A stretch of 64,000 nucleotides of DNA, taken from NCBI GenBank assembly GCA_013265495.1, contig MU057744.1, positions 1,763,524-1,827,523 on the forward strand. Direction: 5' to 3'. The position numbers were made by a program, and so were the translations under genes. The stretch is from Vicugna vicugna. Lineage: Eukaryota. Of this stretch, positions 26,822 through 38,879 are shown piece after piece (position 1 is the stretch's first letter; every line of letters starts with the position of its first letter). The notes below the pieces were generated by a model. The model did not search any database, was not told where the DNA came from, and was given only the letters and a program-made list of their open reading frames with translations.

Positions 26822-29724
26822 TTTTTAACATTTTTTTTATTGAGTAATAGTCATTTTACAATGTTGTATCAAATTCCAGTGAGGAGCACAATTTTTCAGT
26901 TATACATGAATATACATATGTTCGTTGTCACATTTTTTTTTCACTGTGAGCTACCACAAGATCTTGTATATATTTCCCTGTGCTATACAGTATAATCTTG
27001 TTTATCTATTCTACATTTTAAAATCCCAGTCTGTCCCTTCCCCCCTCCCACCCCCTTGGCAACCACAAGTTTGTATTCTATGCCTATGAGTCTGTTTCTG
27101 TTTTGTATTTATGTTTGTTTTTTTTTTAAGATTCCACATATGAGTGATCTCATATGGTATTTTTCTTTCTCTTTCTGGCTTACTTCACTTAGAATGACAT
27201 TCTCCAGGAACATCCATGTTGCTGCAAATGGCATTATGTTGTCAGTTTTTGTAGCTGAATAGTATTCCATTGTATAAATATAACACTTCTTCTTTATCCA
27301 GTCATCTGTTGATGGACATTTAGGCTGTTTCCATGTCTTGGCTATAGTAAATAGTGCTGCTATGAACATTGGGGTGCAGGTGTCATTTTGAAGTAGGGTT
27401 CCTTCTGAATATAAGCCCAGGAGCGGGATTCCTGGGTCATATGGTAAGTCTATTCCTAGTCTTTTGAGGAATCTCCATTCTGTTTTCCACAGTGGCTTTC
27501 TTTGCTTCCCTCTCCCACTCTTAATGATTTAGATGTCTTCTTTTACAATTTTGTGCTTATTCTATTTGGAATTCATGGTAGTTATCACCTTTCCAGTTAT
27601 GAGTTTCTCATTTTTGTAGCATACTGCTTCTTTTCTGTTTAGAGTAGACCTGTCAATATTTCTTTTAGCATGGGTTTAGTGTTGCTAAACTCTTTTAGTT
27701 TTTGCTTGTCTGTGAAGTTCTTTATCTCTTCTTCTATTCTAAAGGATAGCCTTGTTGAATAGAGTATCCTAGGCTGCATCTTTTTTTCATTCAGGACTTT
27801 GAATGTATCTTGCCACTCCCTTCTGGCCTGTAGTGTTTGTGTAGAGAAATCAGCTGAGAGCCTTATGGGGGTTCCCTTGTAACTCACTCTTTGTTTTTCT
27901 CTTGCTGCCTTTAGGATCATTTCTTTATCCTTGACTCTGGCCATCTTGATTATGATATGTCTTGGTGTGAGTCTGTTTGGGTTCTTCCTGTTTGGGACCC
28001 TCTGAGCCTCCTGTACTTGGATATCTGATTCCTTCTTTAGTTTTGGAAGTTTTCAGTCATGATTTCTTCCAATACCTTTTCAATCCCCTTTGTTCTTTCT
28101 TCCCCTTCTAGAACCCCTATTATGTGTACATTGGCATGCTTTATATTATCCTACAGGTCCCTTATATTGTTTTCATTGGTTTTTATTTGTTTTTCTCTCA
28201 GCTGTTCTGATTGGGTGCTTTCTGTTGTCCTGTCTTCTAGGTCACTTATTCGTTCCTCTGCATTATCTAGCCTGCTTTGTACAGCCTTTAGGTCAGCTCT
28301 CATCTCAGCAAATGAGTTTGCTAATTCTACTTGATTCTTCTTTATAGCTTCTATTTCATTTTTGGCATATTTTATATTTCTAAACACTATCTGTTTTAGT
28401 TCCTTCAGTACTTTGGTCAGTCCTTTTTTGAAATCTTGATCTAGTAGGCCATCAATGTATATTTCATTGATCATGCTTTCAGGGGATTTCTCTTGATCTT
28501 TTAATTGGGAGTGGTTCCTCTGCTTTTTCATATTGCTCATATCTCTCTGGCCCTGTGGCTTAAGGAGTATCAGTTATCTACTGTGTTTATTTATTTATCT
28601 ATCTAAAGCCTATGCAGGAGTAAAACCAGTGGGTGGGCAGGTCACTCCCCTTCCTGATGCTGCAGTCAGATGCTGCACTCTGGCGAGGCATGTGGGCGGT
28701 TCACACCCCCTCCCAGCACTGTAGTCAGGTGCTGCACTCCTGCCAGGAAGGTGGGTGGCCACTCGCCCTCTCCCAGCACTGCTCTGTGCAGCTGCCCGCT
28801 CTGCCTCGGGTCAGCACTTCGTAGGCGGGCTCGGGGAAGACCGTGGAACAGCCCCGCCCCTGCTCTGTGCCAAATCTCGCTCCTTGTTTGTCTTGGCAGC
28901 TCGAGTTCTCTGAGGGACCAGGGCAGAAAGATCCTATTGCCTCTGGCTGTAAACAAGTCTCAGTCCTACCCAGGAGGTTGCGGAGCCCCTGGGTGCGGAT
29001 TCAGGGCTTGGCCCCACCCCCGCCAGGGCGCTGCGCACAGGAGGACATGGCGGCTGTGGCTGCGCCCCGCCTCTCTTCTCACGAGAAGCGCCAGTAATGG
29101 TGCCGTGGGTCTGAGGAGACAAAGGCTACAGTACCCCTCCCCCCAGGGCACACCAGCTATGTTGCTTTGCTTTTTTTGCAATTTATGGGGGACCGAGATG
29201 GTTTTGCTCAGTATCCCCTCCCAGCCACGGCGTGCAGCCCCCTGCAGTCCCCCCGGGGCTGCCTCAGTGCAGCCGCCCCAGTCCTCTGCCCGGTTTGGGT
29301 GGCCTGTACTGGCCCCCAGCTGCCATCTTGCATCTTGGGCTGGGTGTCGCGGGGATCCTCTGTGCCCGTTTAACTTAGTTCTGTCGGTCAAGTGGTGCTC
29401 CGGGCATATCCGAGCCTCGGAGGCTCCCCCTCCATCCTGTTGGCCTCTCCGTTGGAGGGGCGAGACCCAGCAAATGAGCACCAGTTCTCCTTTGCCACTC
29501 CCTCCCCGCGGGACCGGTCCTGCACCGTTTTGCTTTTTCTTCTTTCTTTTTTCCTTTTCTTCTACCAGATTTTTGGCATCTTTGTCTTTTGAAAAGGGCG
29601 ATGTTCTGTCAGAGTTCGGCAGGTGCTCTGGTTGGCTGAGTGGGTCTGTAGATGTGAGTTTTGATGTATTTGTGAGAGAGGGTGAGCTATAAGCATCCTT
29701 CTACTCTGTCATCTTGCTTCTCTC
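26822..29724 (-). mobile_element. Relatively young LINE-1 with both ends present and most of ORF2 deleted (~2.9 kb)
   Basis: 17-bp TSD AAAATATTTTATCTTTT at 26805-26821 and 29725-29741, with a TT|AAAA endonuclease site on the minus strand. Element has a 5' start GAGAGAAGCAAGATGAC, GC-rich 5'UTR, ORF1, ORF2 C-terminus (PLWKTEWRFLKRL...MFIAALFTIAKTWKQPKCPS), 3'UTR and A-rich tail. Confidence 0.93.
27639..28540 (-). pseudogene. L1 ORF1 (p40), disrupted
   Basis: Two pieces: MSNMKKQRNHSQLKDQEKSPE... (coiled coil) and MARVKDKEMILKAAREKQRVSYKGTPIRLSADFS... They are separated by a TAG at 28151-28153 and an apparent 1-bp frameshift near 28045. Confidence 0.9.
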
Positions 29725-30799
29725 AAAATATTTTATCTTTTAATCGAACTTCTTTTGCTCGACATACTGTTTTTGTGATTGTTCATGTTTTTGTATGAAT
29801 CATGAGATTACTTGCTGAGTACCATTGCATTCAACCACAATTTTTTCTTATCCATTCTCTTGTTGATAGAGATTTGGGTTGTTTCCAGTTTTTGTTGAAT
29901 AAGACTGCTATAAACATTTGTAGACAAGTCTTTGTGCAGACTTACACTTTTATTTCTTTTAGGGTAAATAGGAACAAAATTGCTGAATCATAGGACAGAT
30001 TTATGCTTCACTTTACAAGAAACTTCCAAATAGTTCTGCAGATTTACTCCCACAACCAATATATGAGGGTACCAGTTGCTCCCACATCCTGGCCAAGAAC
30101 TGATCATGACTCTGATTTTAGCTCTTCTGGTAGATGTGAAATGGTATCTTATTGTAGTTTTAATTTGTGTTTTCCTTATTAATAATAATATTGGCATCCT
30201 TTCTTGTACTCATTGACCATCAGCGTATCTTTTTTTATGTAGTGTTCACATCTTTTTTCCATTAAAAAACTGGATTGTTTTATCTTTTATTGAGTTGTGA
30301 ATATGTATGTGTGTGTGTGTGTATGTTTGTATGTATATGTGTATATGTATGTTTTCCGTGTGTATAGTTCATAAGAACTATTTTGGATATTGGAAATATT
30401 TCCTTCCAATTTGTGGATTGCTTTTTTCATTTTCTTAATGAGATCTTCCAGAGAGCAAATGTTCTTAATGTTGATGAAGTCCATTTATGATTTTTTTCCC
30501 TCTAAGGCTATATGTTTTATGTCCTAAGAAATCTTTGTCTTTGTAAAAACAAGTATTTTCTCATGTGTTTTCTTTTAGAAGTTTTATTATTTTAGCTTTT
30601 TTGTTTAGGTCTGTGATCTAATTTCAGTTAATTTTTGTTTGTGACGTGGGGTTAAAGTCAAGATTCATTTCTGTCCAGTTTTCCCAGCACCATTTGTTGC
30701 AACGGTTACCTTTTCCTCGTTAGTTATCTTGGCACCTTTGTCGAATATCTGTTGGCCGCTCTGAGCCGTTGATCTGTGTGTCTGTCCTTGGTGTCTGTT

Positions 30800-31745
30800 G
30801 TTGTTGCTTATCTGTTCAGTGACTCTTCTTCACAAGTTCTATAGAGTTTGTTTTGTGGGGGGTGGTTGCTGAAGCCTCTGTTTCATCCGCTTAGTGGTCA
30901 GTGATTAGACAGAGACTTCCTTAAGTGCCCTGGACTTGTAAGTCTCCCAGTCTCTGCTAAGGGAGGGACTTTGTGTGCATGCTGGGACGTGCCTTTGGCC
31001 TACAAGCAGGCAGTCCCCACCTCAGCCTTCACCTACAGCTTTGCAGGGCCTCCTGGTCTTCTGGAGGTGAGGACTTGGGCCCTTCTCAGGCCTTCTCAGC
31101 ACACACAGCCCTGGGGGTGAGCATGGCTTCCCCAGTCACCGGGATTATGCTGTAACTTGTCACAGCCTGCTGTGGACGCCTCACTCCCTAGCTTTTCTTT
31201 TCAAATAGTTTGGACAGATTATTGTTTGCCTCAACTGTTATTGTCACCTCAGGCAGCTGCAGTGTTAAAAAATATTGCCTGTGATTTTTTTTTCGACAAG
31301 TGTCCCTGGGAAAAAGCGTGTTTGCACTGAGCAAGCTCTGAGTCAGGTCAAATAAGGATAAGTGTTGCAAGTGGGATTTTCCAAGGAACTGCCAAAAAGG
31401 TGCGATAACACCAGTTTCCTGTGAATGGGGCTTTGAGGAGCTCCAGCGCTGCTCTGTCCCCTCAGAGGCTTCTAGTTTACTGATTTTCATTTTAAAGGAC
31501 TATTGTTTTTCAATGTACCATGCATCTAGGAAGAAGGGACTAGCCCTGAGGCAAGTTAAAATACCACTCATCTTGCTGTCCTTGCAAATATTCAGCCATT
31601 TTTATTGAATAAACACTCCCCAGATTATAGCCAGTATTTGATTAATTTTCAAAGTGCCAAGAAAGTTGGTTTTGACAAGTAAGTTTTTTCACTGTTCTCA
31701 TTTTATGGAGAAGAGCAGTTTTGGAGGTCCTTACTCTGCCATTCG
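30800..31745 (-). mobile_element. Ancient L1M 5'UTR-like fragment
   Basis: Resembles old L1M 5' ends; ends in ccttactctgccatt (minus strand AATGGCAGAGTAAGG, an L1-type start). Confidence 0.55.
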
Positions 31746-33286
31746 TTCTGATGTCACTCAGAGATAAAGATCAGAAATAGAACAGGCCGCAAAGAGATAA
31801 GAACATTGCAGGGAAACATTGATGGTCCAGCTGAGGTTGGAAACTGCAAGCTGGTAACAGTGCCAGTCTGCCTGGGCGTGTGTTCTTCTGCAGGCTCAGC
31901 AGGGCGAGGATAGATGCTGAGAATGAAGACGGTAGAATCAGCCGAAGATGAGGGTTAGCAGAGCAAGTAAAGAAGAGAGTCATAGGCAGGAAGGTCCCGA
32001 GAGCTGCATAGATGAGGAAGGAGGCCGCAGAGCAGGAGAGTGTGTTTTAATGGGAAGTGAGAAAACTGGGAGGAAAAAATGTGATCAGAGGATGGCGTGG
32101 TTTCTGCACGTTTAGGGTTTAGAGGCAGAACCACTGATGGTTGGTTGTCAAGGTTCCTTCTTACTGAAGTTATGTGAGTAATGAGCGGTGGGGCTCGTGT
32201 GGAATACTCCACAGTGGAGGCCGAGGTCTGGTTTTTGTTCAGCAGTGTGTCCTGGACTCCAGCAGCGTGCCTTCCTCCTAGTAGGGATTAAACTGATCTT
32301 TATGGAAAACACGTAAGAAAGCTTCATTTTCCATTTGCAGGCATCAGTAAGGGGAGACATGGCTTCTGAGCTCGCTGTTGAAGGAATCAAAGTATCAGCA
32401 AGTAGAGATCAGTGGGAGGAAGGGCACTGCTGCCGGGGGAGGTGTGCATCTGAAGTAGTCAGGTGTTTCTGGAGAGAGCTGAGGGAAAACTGATAGCCTA
32501 GGTAGGCTAAATTACAGGGTGTATGTGGAGAAAGAACAGTAAAAGCCGGCAGTAGAAAGACTAGGATAAAACATGGAATACCTTGAAAACCCAGCTGAGA
32601 AGTGTAGCGACTCTGTACAAGGAGCTGCAGCCCGGTGTGTGGCGGGCGTTTACGGCCCAGCGTGACTGTGGTGCAGCGGGCTGGGGCTAGTAGGGGAGAA
32701 CGTGCAGTGGGGAGGTCTGTCGGAGGGCTGTGGGGAGATTATGATCTTCAGAGCCAGGATGGTGAGGATGGCAATTAAGATAGATGTGAGAGATTTTATG
32801 GAATAAAGCGAAATGTGTCTGTTGATCACGAAGGTAAGATTTAAAACATCAGTTCTTTTAACTGGGTGTACTGCTCTTGCTGACATTAAAAAAGTTGAGG
32901 GTATAAAATTTTGGACAAAATTGAGGGTAACCTTACAGAATTAATCAGTTATAATTTATTTTTTGTTAGCAGAATGCTGCTTATGTATTCTAGAATGAAT
33001 ATGAACTCAGTATTTAAATTATACTACCTTTGTAGTATTATTTGAAATAATATTTTAAAACATTTGAAAAAGTCATTTATTCATTACAAGATTTTATTAA
33101 GATTTGAATTGCTTACTTAGAAATACCAGATTAAAGGGATGACTAGTTAATAGCAAATATTTTTTTAAATTATTATGTAAATATACCTAAAGGATTCTAG
33201 ATAGGTGTAAAATTTTCAAGAGTCTAGCCCTCCTTCCTTCATAGTTTTAGTAAAACGTTCAATTTTCATACATAATTAGACCTTGA

Positions 33287-33300
33287 CTGCCCTCTAGTGG
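33287..33300 (-). promoter_or_regulatory. Candidate CTCF site
   Basis: Minus strand CCACTAGAGGGCAG fits the CTCF core CCASYAGRKGGCRS exactly, in AT-rich non-repeat DNA. Confidence 0.55.
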
Positions 33301-34096
33301 TAAGTGTCTTTCAAATGCATGATTTGGAGCACAGTGTGTCGGAATTTTAGGTCTTGTTTGAGTAGTTGTTGGTGTTTGCCCTCTCAGTGCTAGGGTCTGT
33401 GGAGCAGTAGGAACACAGGGTGTTTTCAGACCTTGCCTTTAATCCTATATGCTTTGTTAAAGGCATAAGTCCAGAATTTCATCTCTGAGTAGCCTTGATA
33501 AAGTGCACTGGGAATATATGTGTATTTTTTAAAATGTCAATTGCTGTTTTATTGATTATAACAGTATGAAAGGTCACTTATGTAGCATACTTACATGAGC
33601 TGGAATTGCCCACCAAGCATGTATGACTGTGGAGTGGTTAAAATCAAGCAAAGCGCAAGAATTACACGTTTTGGGGAGAGTTCTCTGCCCTTGACCGTGG
33701 TGCTGCCGGTTGGTTGTTTGCCTGTTCTCCTGTGTCCCGGGCTCAGAAGAGTGTTCCTAGATCCAATTCTGCAGGTGTTTACAGGGCGCCTACTTTGTGT
33801 TCAGCTGCTTGGTGCTGTAGGGTATGCAACAGAAATTTGTTACAGATGGCCTGGGCCTTTTCCATTCAGTATTTGTATTTTATCAAGAACAGAGTGCTGA
33901 GCTGTTGCTTCTTTAAACCATGGCTACAAGCTACCCTACACTAATGCAGGAAGTACAAACGATAAACTAGGAGCCAAAGGACATTCGGTGGAAGGTCCGC
34001 GGAGGGTGCGAGCCTATGTGCGCTGATAGCTGAGAACAGCATGTTCGTCTCGAGTTCAGGGTGGTGCCAGCCATGAGCGTAGGGCTGGTGCAGCAC

Positions 34097-34700
34097 TTAC
34101 GAACCAGCCGGCCTCTCCTGGGCGTGTATCTGAAAGAAGCAGAAATGCTGATTCAGAAAGATACGTGCACCCCAGTGTTCACAGCAGCGTTATTTACAAT
34201 AGTCAAGATATGGAAGTAACCTAACTGTCCATCGACAGAGGACTGGATAAAGAAGTTGTGGTGTATTTATACAATGGAACACTGCTCAGCCAGAAAAAGA
34301 ATGAAATCATGCCATTTTCAGTAACATGGGTGGGTTTGGAGGGTGTTATGCTAAGTGAAATGAGTCAGACAGAGAAAGACAAATAGTGTATGATATCATT
34401 TATATGTCGAACCTAAAAAGTACAACAAACTAGTGAATATAACAGAAAAGAAGAAGCAGACTCACAGATACAGAGAACAGATTAGTGGCTCCCAGTGGGG
34501 AGAGGGGCAATATGCAGGTAGGGATTAAGAGAGACAAATCTATGCGTGTGAAATGAGCTGCAAGGATCTGTTGCACAGCGCAGGGAGTACAGCCCACATT
34601 CTGTAATAACTGTGCATGCGGCAGAACCTTTAAGAGCTGCGAATCACTTTATTGTACACCTGTAACATGCATAATACTGTCCTTCAATTAAAACAAAAGA
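34097..34700 (+). mobile_element. 5'-truncated L1 3' end
   Basis: ORF2 C-terminal motif (tgcaccccagtgttcacagcagcgttatttacaatag), 3'UTR and A-rich tail. Confidence 0.88.
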
Positions 34701-37092
34701 ATAGTGCAGCAGCTTAAGATCAGGAGAAAATGCCAGGATCAAGAAATTCTTCATCATTACCTCTTGCTGCTCCACAATTTCTATACAGTCCCCTATTTTT
34801 ATTACCTCTATTGGTAGAGAAAACTAGTGGTACGTCTTAATGCCAAAAGAGATTGGTGGTGGCCTGTGGGCTTTTAAGGAAGTTATGAAGTGGTTATATT
34901 ATTATACTAAATTGCCTTCCAACATATTTGATTTAAGCTAATATTAAAATTCGTTTGCATTTCTTGAGTCCACTGTGCATGTTTGTGGAGTCTGATGTCC
35001 TGGAAACATAAAACGGGAAAAGGGACCTGTGAGTTTTTCAGTAGTTTAGTTTTCTAAAAAACTGAATGTTCTGTACTTAGGAAATTGGGAGTTGAATCTG
35101 TCAGTGCCTACTAGAATATAAGTATAATTTCAGTTGAAAATGTTGATATAACTAAAAATAAGGACAAATATGTGAGAGCATTTTATTCTCCTGAAAAGTA
35201 ACCTCTCAATGTTTGTGTAGTTAGTAGCTCATATGCTATACCTCTTAGATTAATTTAGAGAACATTACAACAATGATTTAAGGAAGCAGTGGATCAGTGC
35301 TCTATTTTTTGAGGAAATACTAACTCTGGAAATGTGGCTTTTCCTTTTTTTTTTTTTTTCTTTTTAGTATTGCAGCACTTAGAACTGTTTTCTTAAAACT
35401 TAGCTCTTTTTCCTCAAAAAAGTAGTTTATTATCCTGTCTTTTAAAAGTCATTCAGTTATTACGTAAGAGACATGAGAAATTTTTGCTCTTCACTATAGA
35501 AATGTTTTTCTCATCCAAGCCCTTTTCCCAACTTAATTGCATCAACAGCAAAATTTTTATCTTCAGAGAATTTTGTACATGCTGTATACTACATACAGTA
35601 GTAAAAATGTGTCATTTAAAAACTGTATTAATGCATTTATTTTTCAGTAAAAGGTTTGAATGTATTGCATGAGTGTGAAATTTGAGGCCATCACTGCTGG
35701 ACACAGGAAATTGGCTTGGAGCAGACTGGGTGGTTAGGCGTGTGCATGTGTGTGTATTTGGGGAAAGGTGGAAATACAGAGTGTTGCTTATTCAGAAACT
35801 TAACCCAGCTTAGGAAAGGTTTATCAGCAGGTACAGTTCATCTACATGCCCTGTCATCACGGCAGACATCATCAAAGAGCAGTAACGCGTCATTTCATTA
35901 GATCAGCTCCTGTTGTGTGCTAGGACCTCTCAGTCCATTTTTCTTTACTTCAATCTAATCTTAGCTTGTTAAAGATGATCTGTGTGTTTATTGGCAACCT
36001 TTAGAGCTTATCTTGATCATTTTTATTTATTTGGTCACATCAAACCAGTGGTTAAGCTTTTATTAAACCTTTATTTTTATAAGGTCTTTCCTAACTCTTG
36101 AGAACAGATGAGAACTAATATTTACCCAGTACCGACCGACTCTGGGCCAGCCCCTGGAGGCAGGGGGCAAGAGCACAGGATGCAGCACTTGGCAGCTCCC
36201 CAGTTCTGCCATTTGTTAGCTGTGTGACTTCGGTTGAGTCACTTATATTTCCTCCTCTGCGTCTAAACCCCGCTCTTAACTGAGGTGACTGTACCCTCTG
36301 TTACCCGTTCAGTGGACCCTCGCCCCCACACACTGTGACTTCCTAGGGGGTTGCCTGCTCCAGGCCATCCTGGCCCCAGGGCCCCTGGCCTGAGGTCCTG
36401 CACTCCGGGCTCACTCCTCTCCCGTTTGTCTCATCTCCTGCAGGTATCTTTTCCCCTCTGCTCTGCGCTGATCTTGATGCGGGACGTGACCCTTTCATTT
36501 TCCCTCACATCTCTTAAGCACAGCATTTGTATGTACAGCACATTACAGTGAAGGTGCGGAGTTGACGAGTTACGCCCTTAGCGGTCTGCCTGGGGACTGT
36601 AGCAGTGGTTCCCTGCTCTGCTTACTTGCCGCTGTCTCCTGCAGTGACCTCTCTCCTCACTTCCTGGCCGTTTCTTCCCTCTTCTCTCCCACCCAAAAAT
36701 CTCTGTTCATTTCTTATACAGAGCAGTTTAAACCTCTTTTATTGGCTTCTTCCCATCCATGCCTTCAAGTTCATCTCATCTTCCGCTACCAAACCACCAA
36801 GTGGTTGGAAGGCTTTCTTCTACAGAAAAAAACAAACCCCAAATTGTACATTATCTGCCTTTACAGTGTTAGTGAAAACCCAGCGTCTCCAAAGGAAGCC
36901 CTAGTACTTTGCAGTCTGGTTCCGTCTGACGGTGGCTGATCACATACATGAAAACACTTTGTAAGATGTGAGCCAGGATAAGAGTCAAAGGTCATTACCG
37001 TCCTCCCCATAGGTTTAATTGCTGAAGTCATGGGTGTCTGCCCTCATCTTTCACCTTCTCGCAGCCCTCACCCCAATCCCTCTCGTTCACAG

Positions 37093-37301
37093 CCGCCAGG
37101 GCAGAGGTGTGCAGTGGCACCGGGGAGCGGTTCCGGATCTTCCGGGCCGAGAAAACTTACGCCGTGAGGGCCGGAAGGTGGTATTTCGAGTTCGAGGCTG
37201 TCACTGCTGGAGACATGCGAGTGGGCTGGAGCCGGCCAGGCTGCCAGCCTGATCAGGAGCTGGGCTCGGATGAACATGCCTTTGCTTTTGATGGCTTCAA
37301 G
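37093..37301 (+). CDS. RYR2: RYR2 coding exon (~exon 28), SPRY2
   Basis: tcacag|CCGCCAGG...TTCAAG|gtgagt; 209 bp; [34 protein letters not shown]...AFDGFK. Confidence 0.96.
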
Positions 37302-38879
37302 GTGAGTGCAGACCCCAGGGTGTGGGCCTGGACTTTGTGGGCTGCTGTGCACTGGGTGTCCACACTGCCCTGGCTGTGCCTTGTGTGGTCGGGTAATGCG
37401 AAGACCTCCCTGAGCACGAACGGGAGAAAGTAGCTCCTTGGAAAACTTCTGTCCTTGAAGTCTCAAAACATTTTCCTTCACCCTGGGAATACAACGAAAC
37501 TCAGGGAGTAGAACGTGGATTCTCTTTCATATCAAAGAGCTGAATCATTCTTCTCTACCGAAAGTATTAAAAATCCATGTACTGATTAAAAATACATTCA
37601 CTTTGACACAGCAGTTCCACAGAAGGAATTCACCCTCCAGCAAGAATTAATGATAGTTATAAACATTCAGTAGCCATAAGAATGCTTTTTGCTGTTTGTA
37701 ATCACCAAGAGGTTTCTTTTTCAACATTATTACTCATTTTTATTTCTTAAGTTTGGTGGAAGCTGGTCAGGTGCTGCTATTTGTGCATTCTATAAATATT
37801 TAATGATTATTTTATCTGTATAAAATATTTTAAAATTTAAAATACAAAATATTTATATATGAACATAGCCACAGTAGAATAATACTAGTCATTTTTGGTT
37901 GATGAAATTCTTGGCATTTTATTCTTTTATTTTATTTTTATTTGCTAATTTTCTCCGGCGAATTTGTATTCCTTTTGAGAAATACAAGTTTTTCTAATTA
38001 AAAAAGGAAAATTAGAATAAAAAAAGCAATCATGAAGATTTGCTACTTGGGAACGTTTGTGGGAAAGCATTTCTAGGCTAGAAATTAGTGTTGTGTCTTC
38101 TAGGACAACTGACCCACTTTGTTCTGAAACGTTACATTTCCTGAATCTTGTTTTTTAATTTGGATGGAAAAATTCTGATACCTAATTTAGCTAAATAAAT
38201 TTTTTTAAAGTAGGATGTGCTATGCTTTAGAAGAGTCATATCGTTTCACTTTGGTGACTGTATCCTGTTACATATCAGTTCACAATGAAGGTGATGCTTA
38301 AGGGGGCAATTAAAAGATTTTTCTGACAAAATCATATAACTAATTTTGTGTCTGTAGATCAGTAGAATATACTTATAGATTCAAAAGCCACATTTATGAA
38401 AACTGTTCCAAATGTATTGATGAAATTTCACCTACGTCTATAAAACAATGTGGCCATATGTATTCAGTTTTTGGCTGCTTATTTCAGTAAATATCTTAAG
38501 AATGTTTTTAAGTTTGATTTGAACCTTTTTTGTTTTTAGCATGTACTGAAGTGCTTCTAGAATTCTGTTTGGCTGAAGTGTCGGTGTCTTTGGTTCCCAG
38601 GAATGGAATTTTATTTTGAAACAGATGAAAATTCGAGTGTCATTTTCGATGATAAACTCCCAGCTTGATTCTCTGCCCATGATTCCCTGTATTTTGGGGA
38701 CTAGAGAAAAACAACCCGTGTCCTGGGAAGCGTTCCCTGTGGTGAGACAGATACATTTCTAGAGACATAGTGTTCGTTGTAATGGAAAGTATGTGGGATT
38801 AGAGTTTTTAAATAGTGGACGCTGAAGATCACGGAGTATACCGGGTTTTGTTGCGATGCAGTGCGTGACACCATGCGGA

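Larger units (their letters stand above)
26600..30790 (-). mobile_element. Older L1M 3' portion, interrupted by the younger L1 at 26822-29724
   Basis: Decayed L1 3'UTR/ORF2-end sequence continues across the TSD. Minus-strand ORF fragments KTQIKTTIRYHFT and MDFINIKNICS resemble ORF2. Confidence 0.75.
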
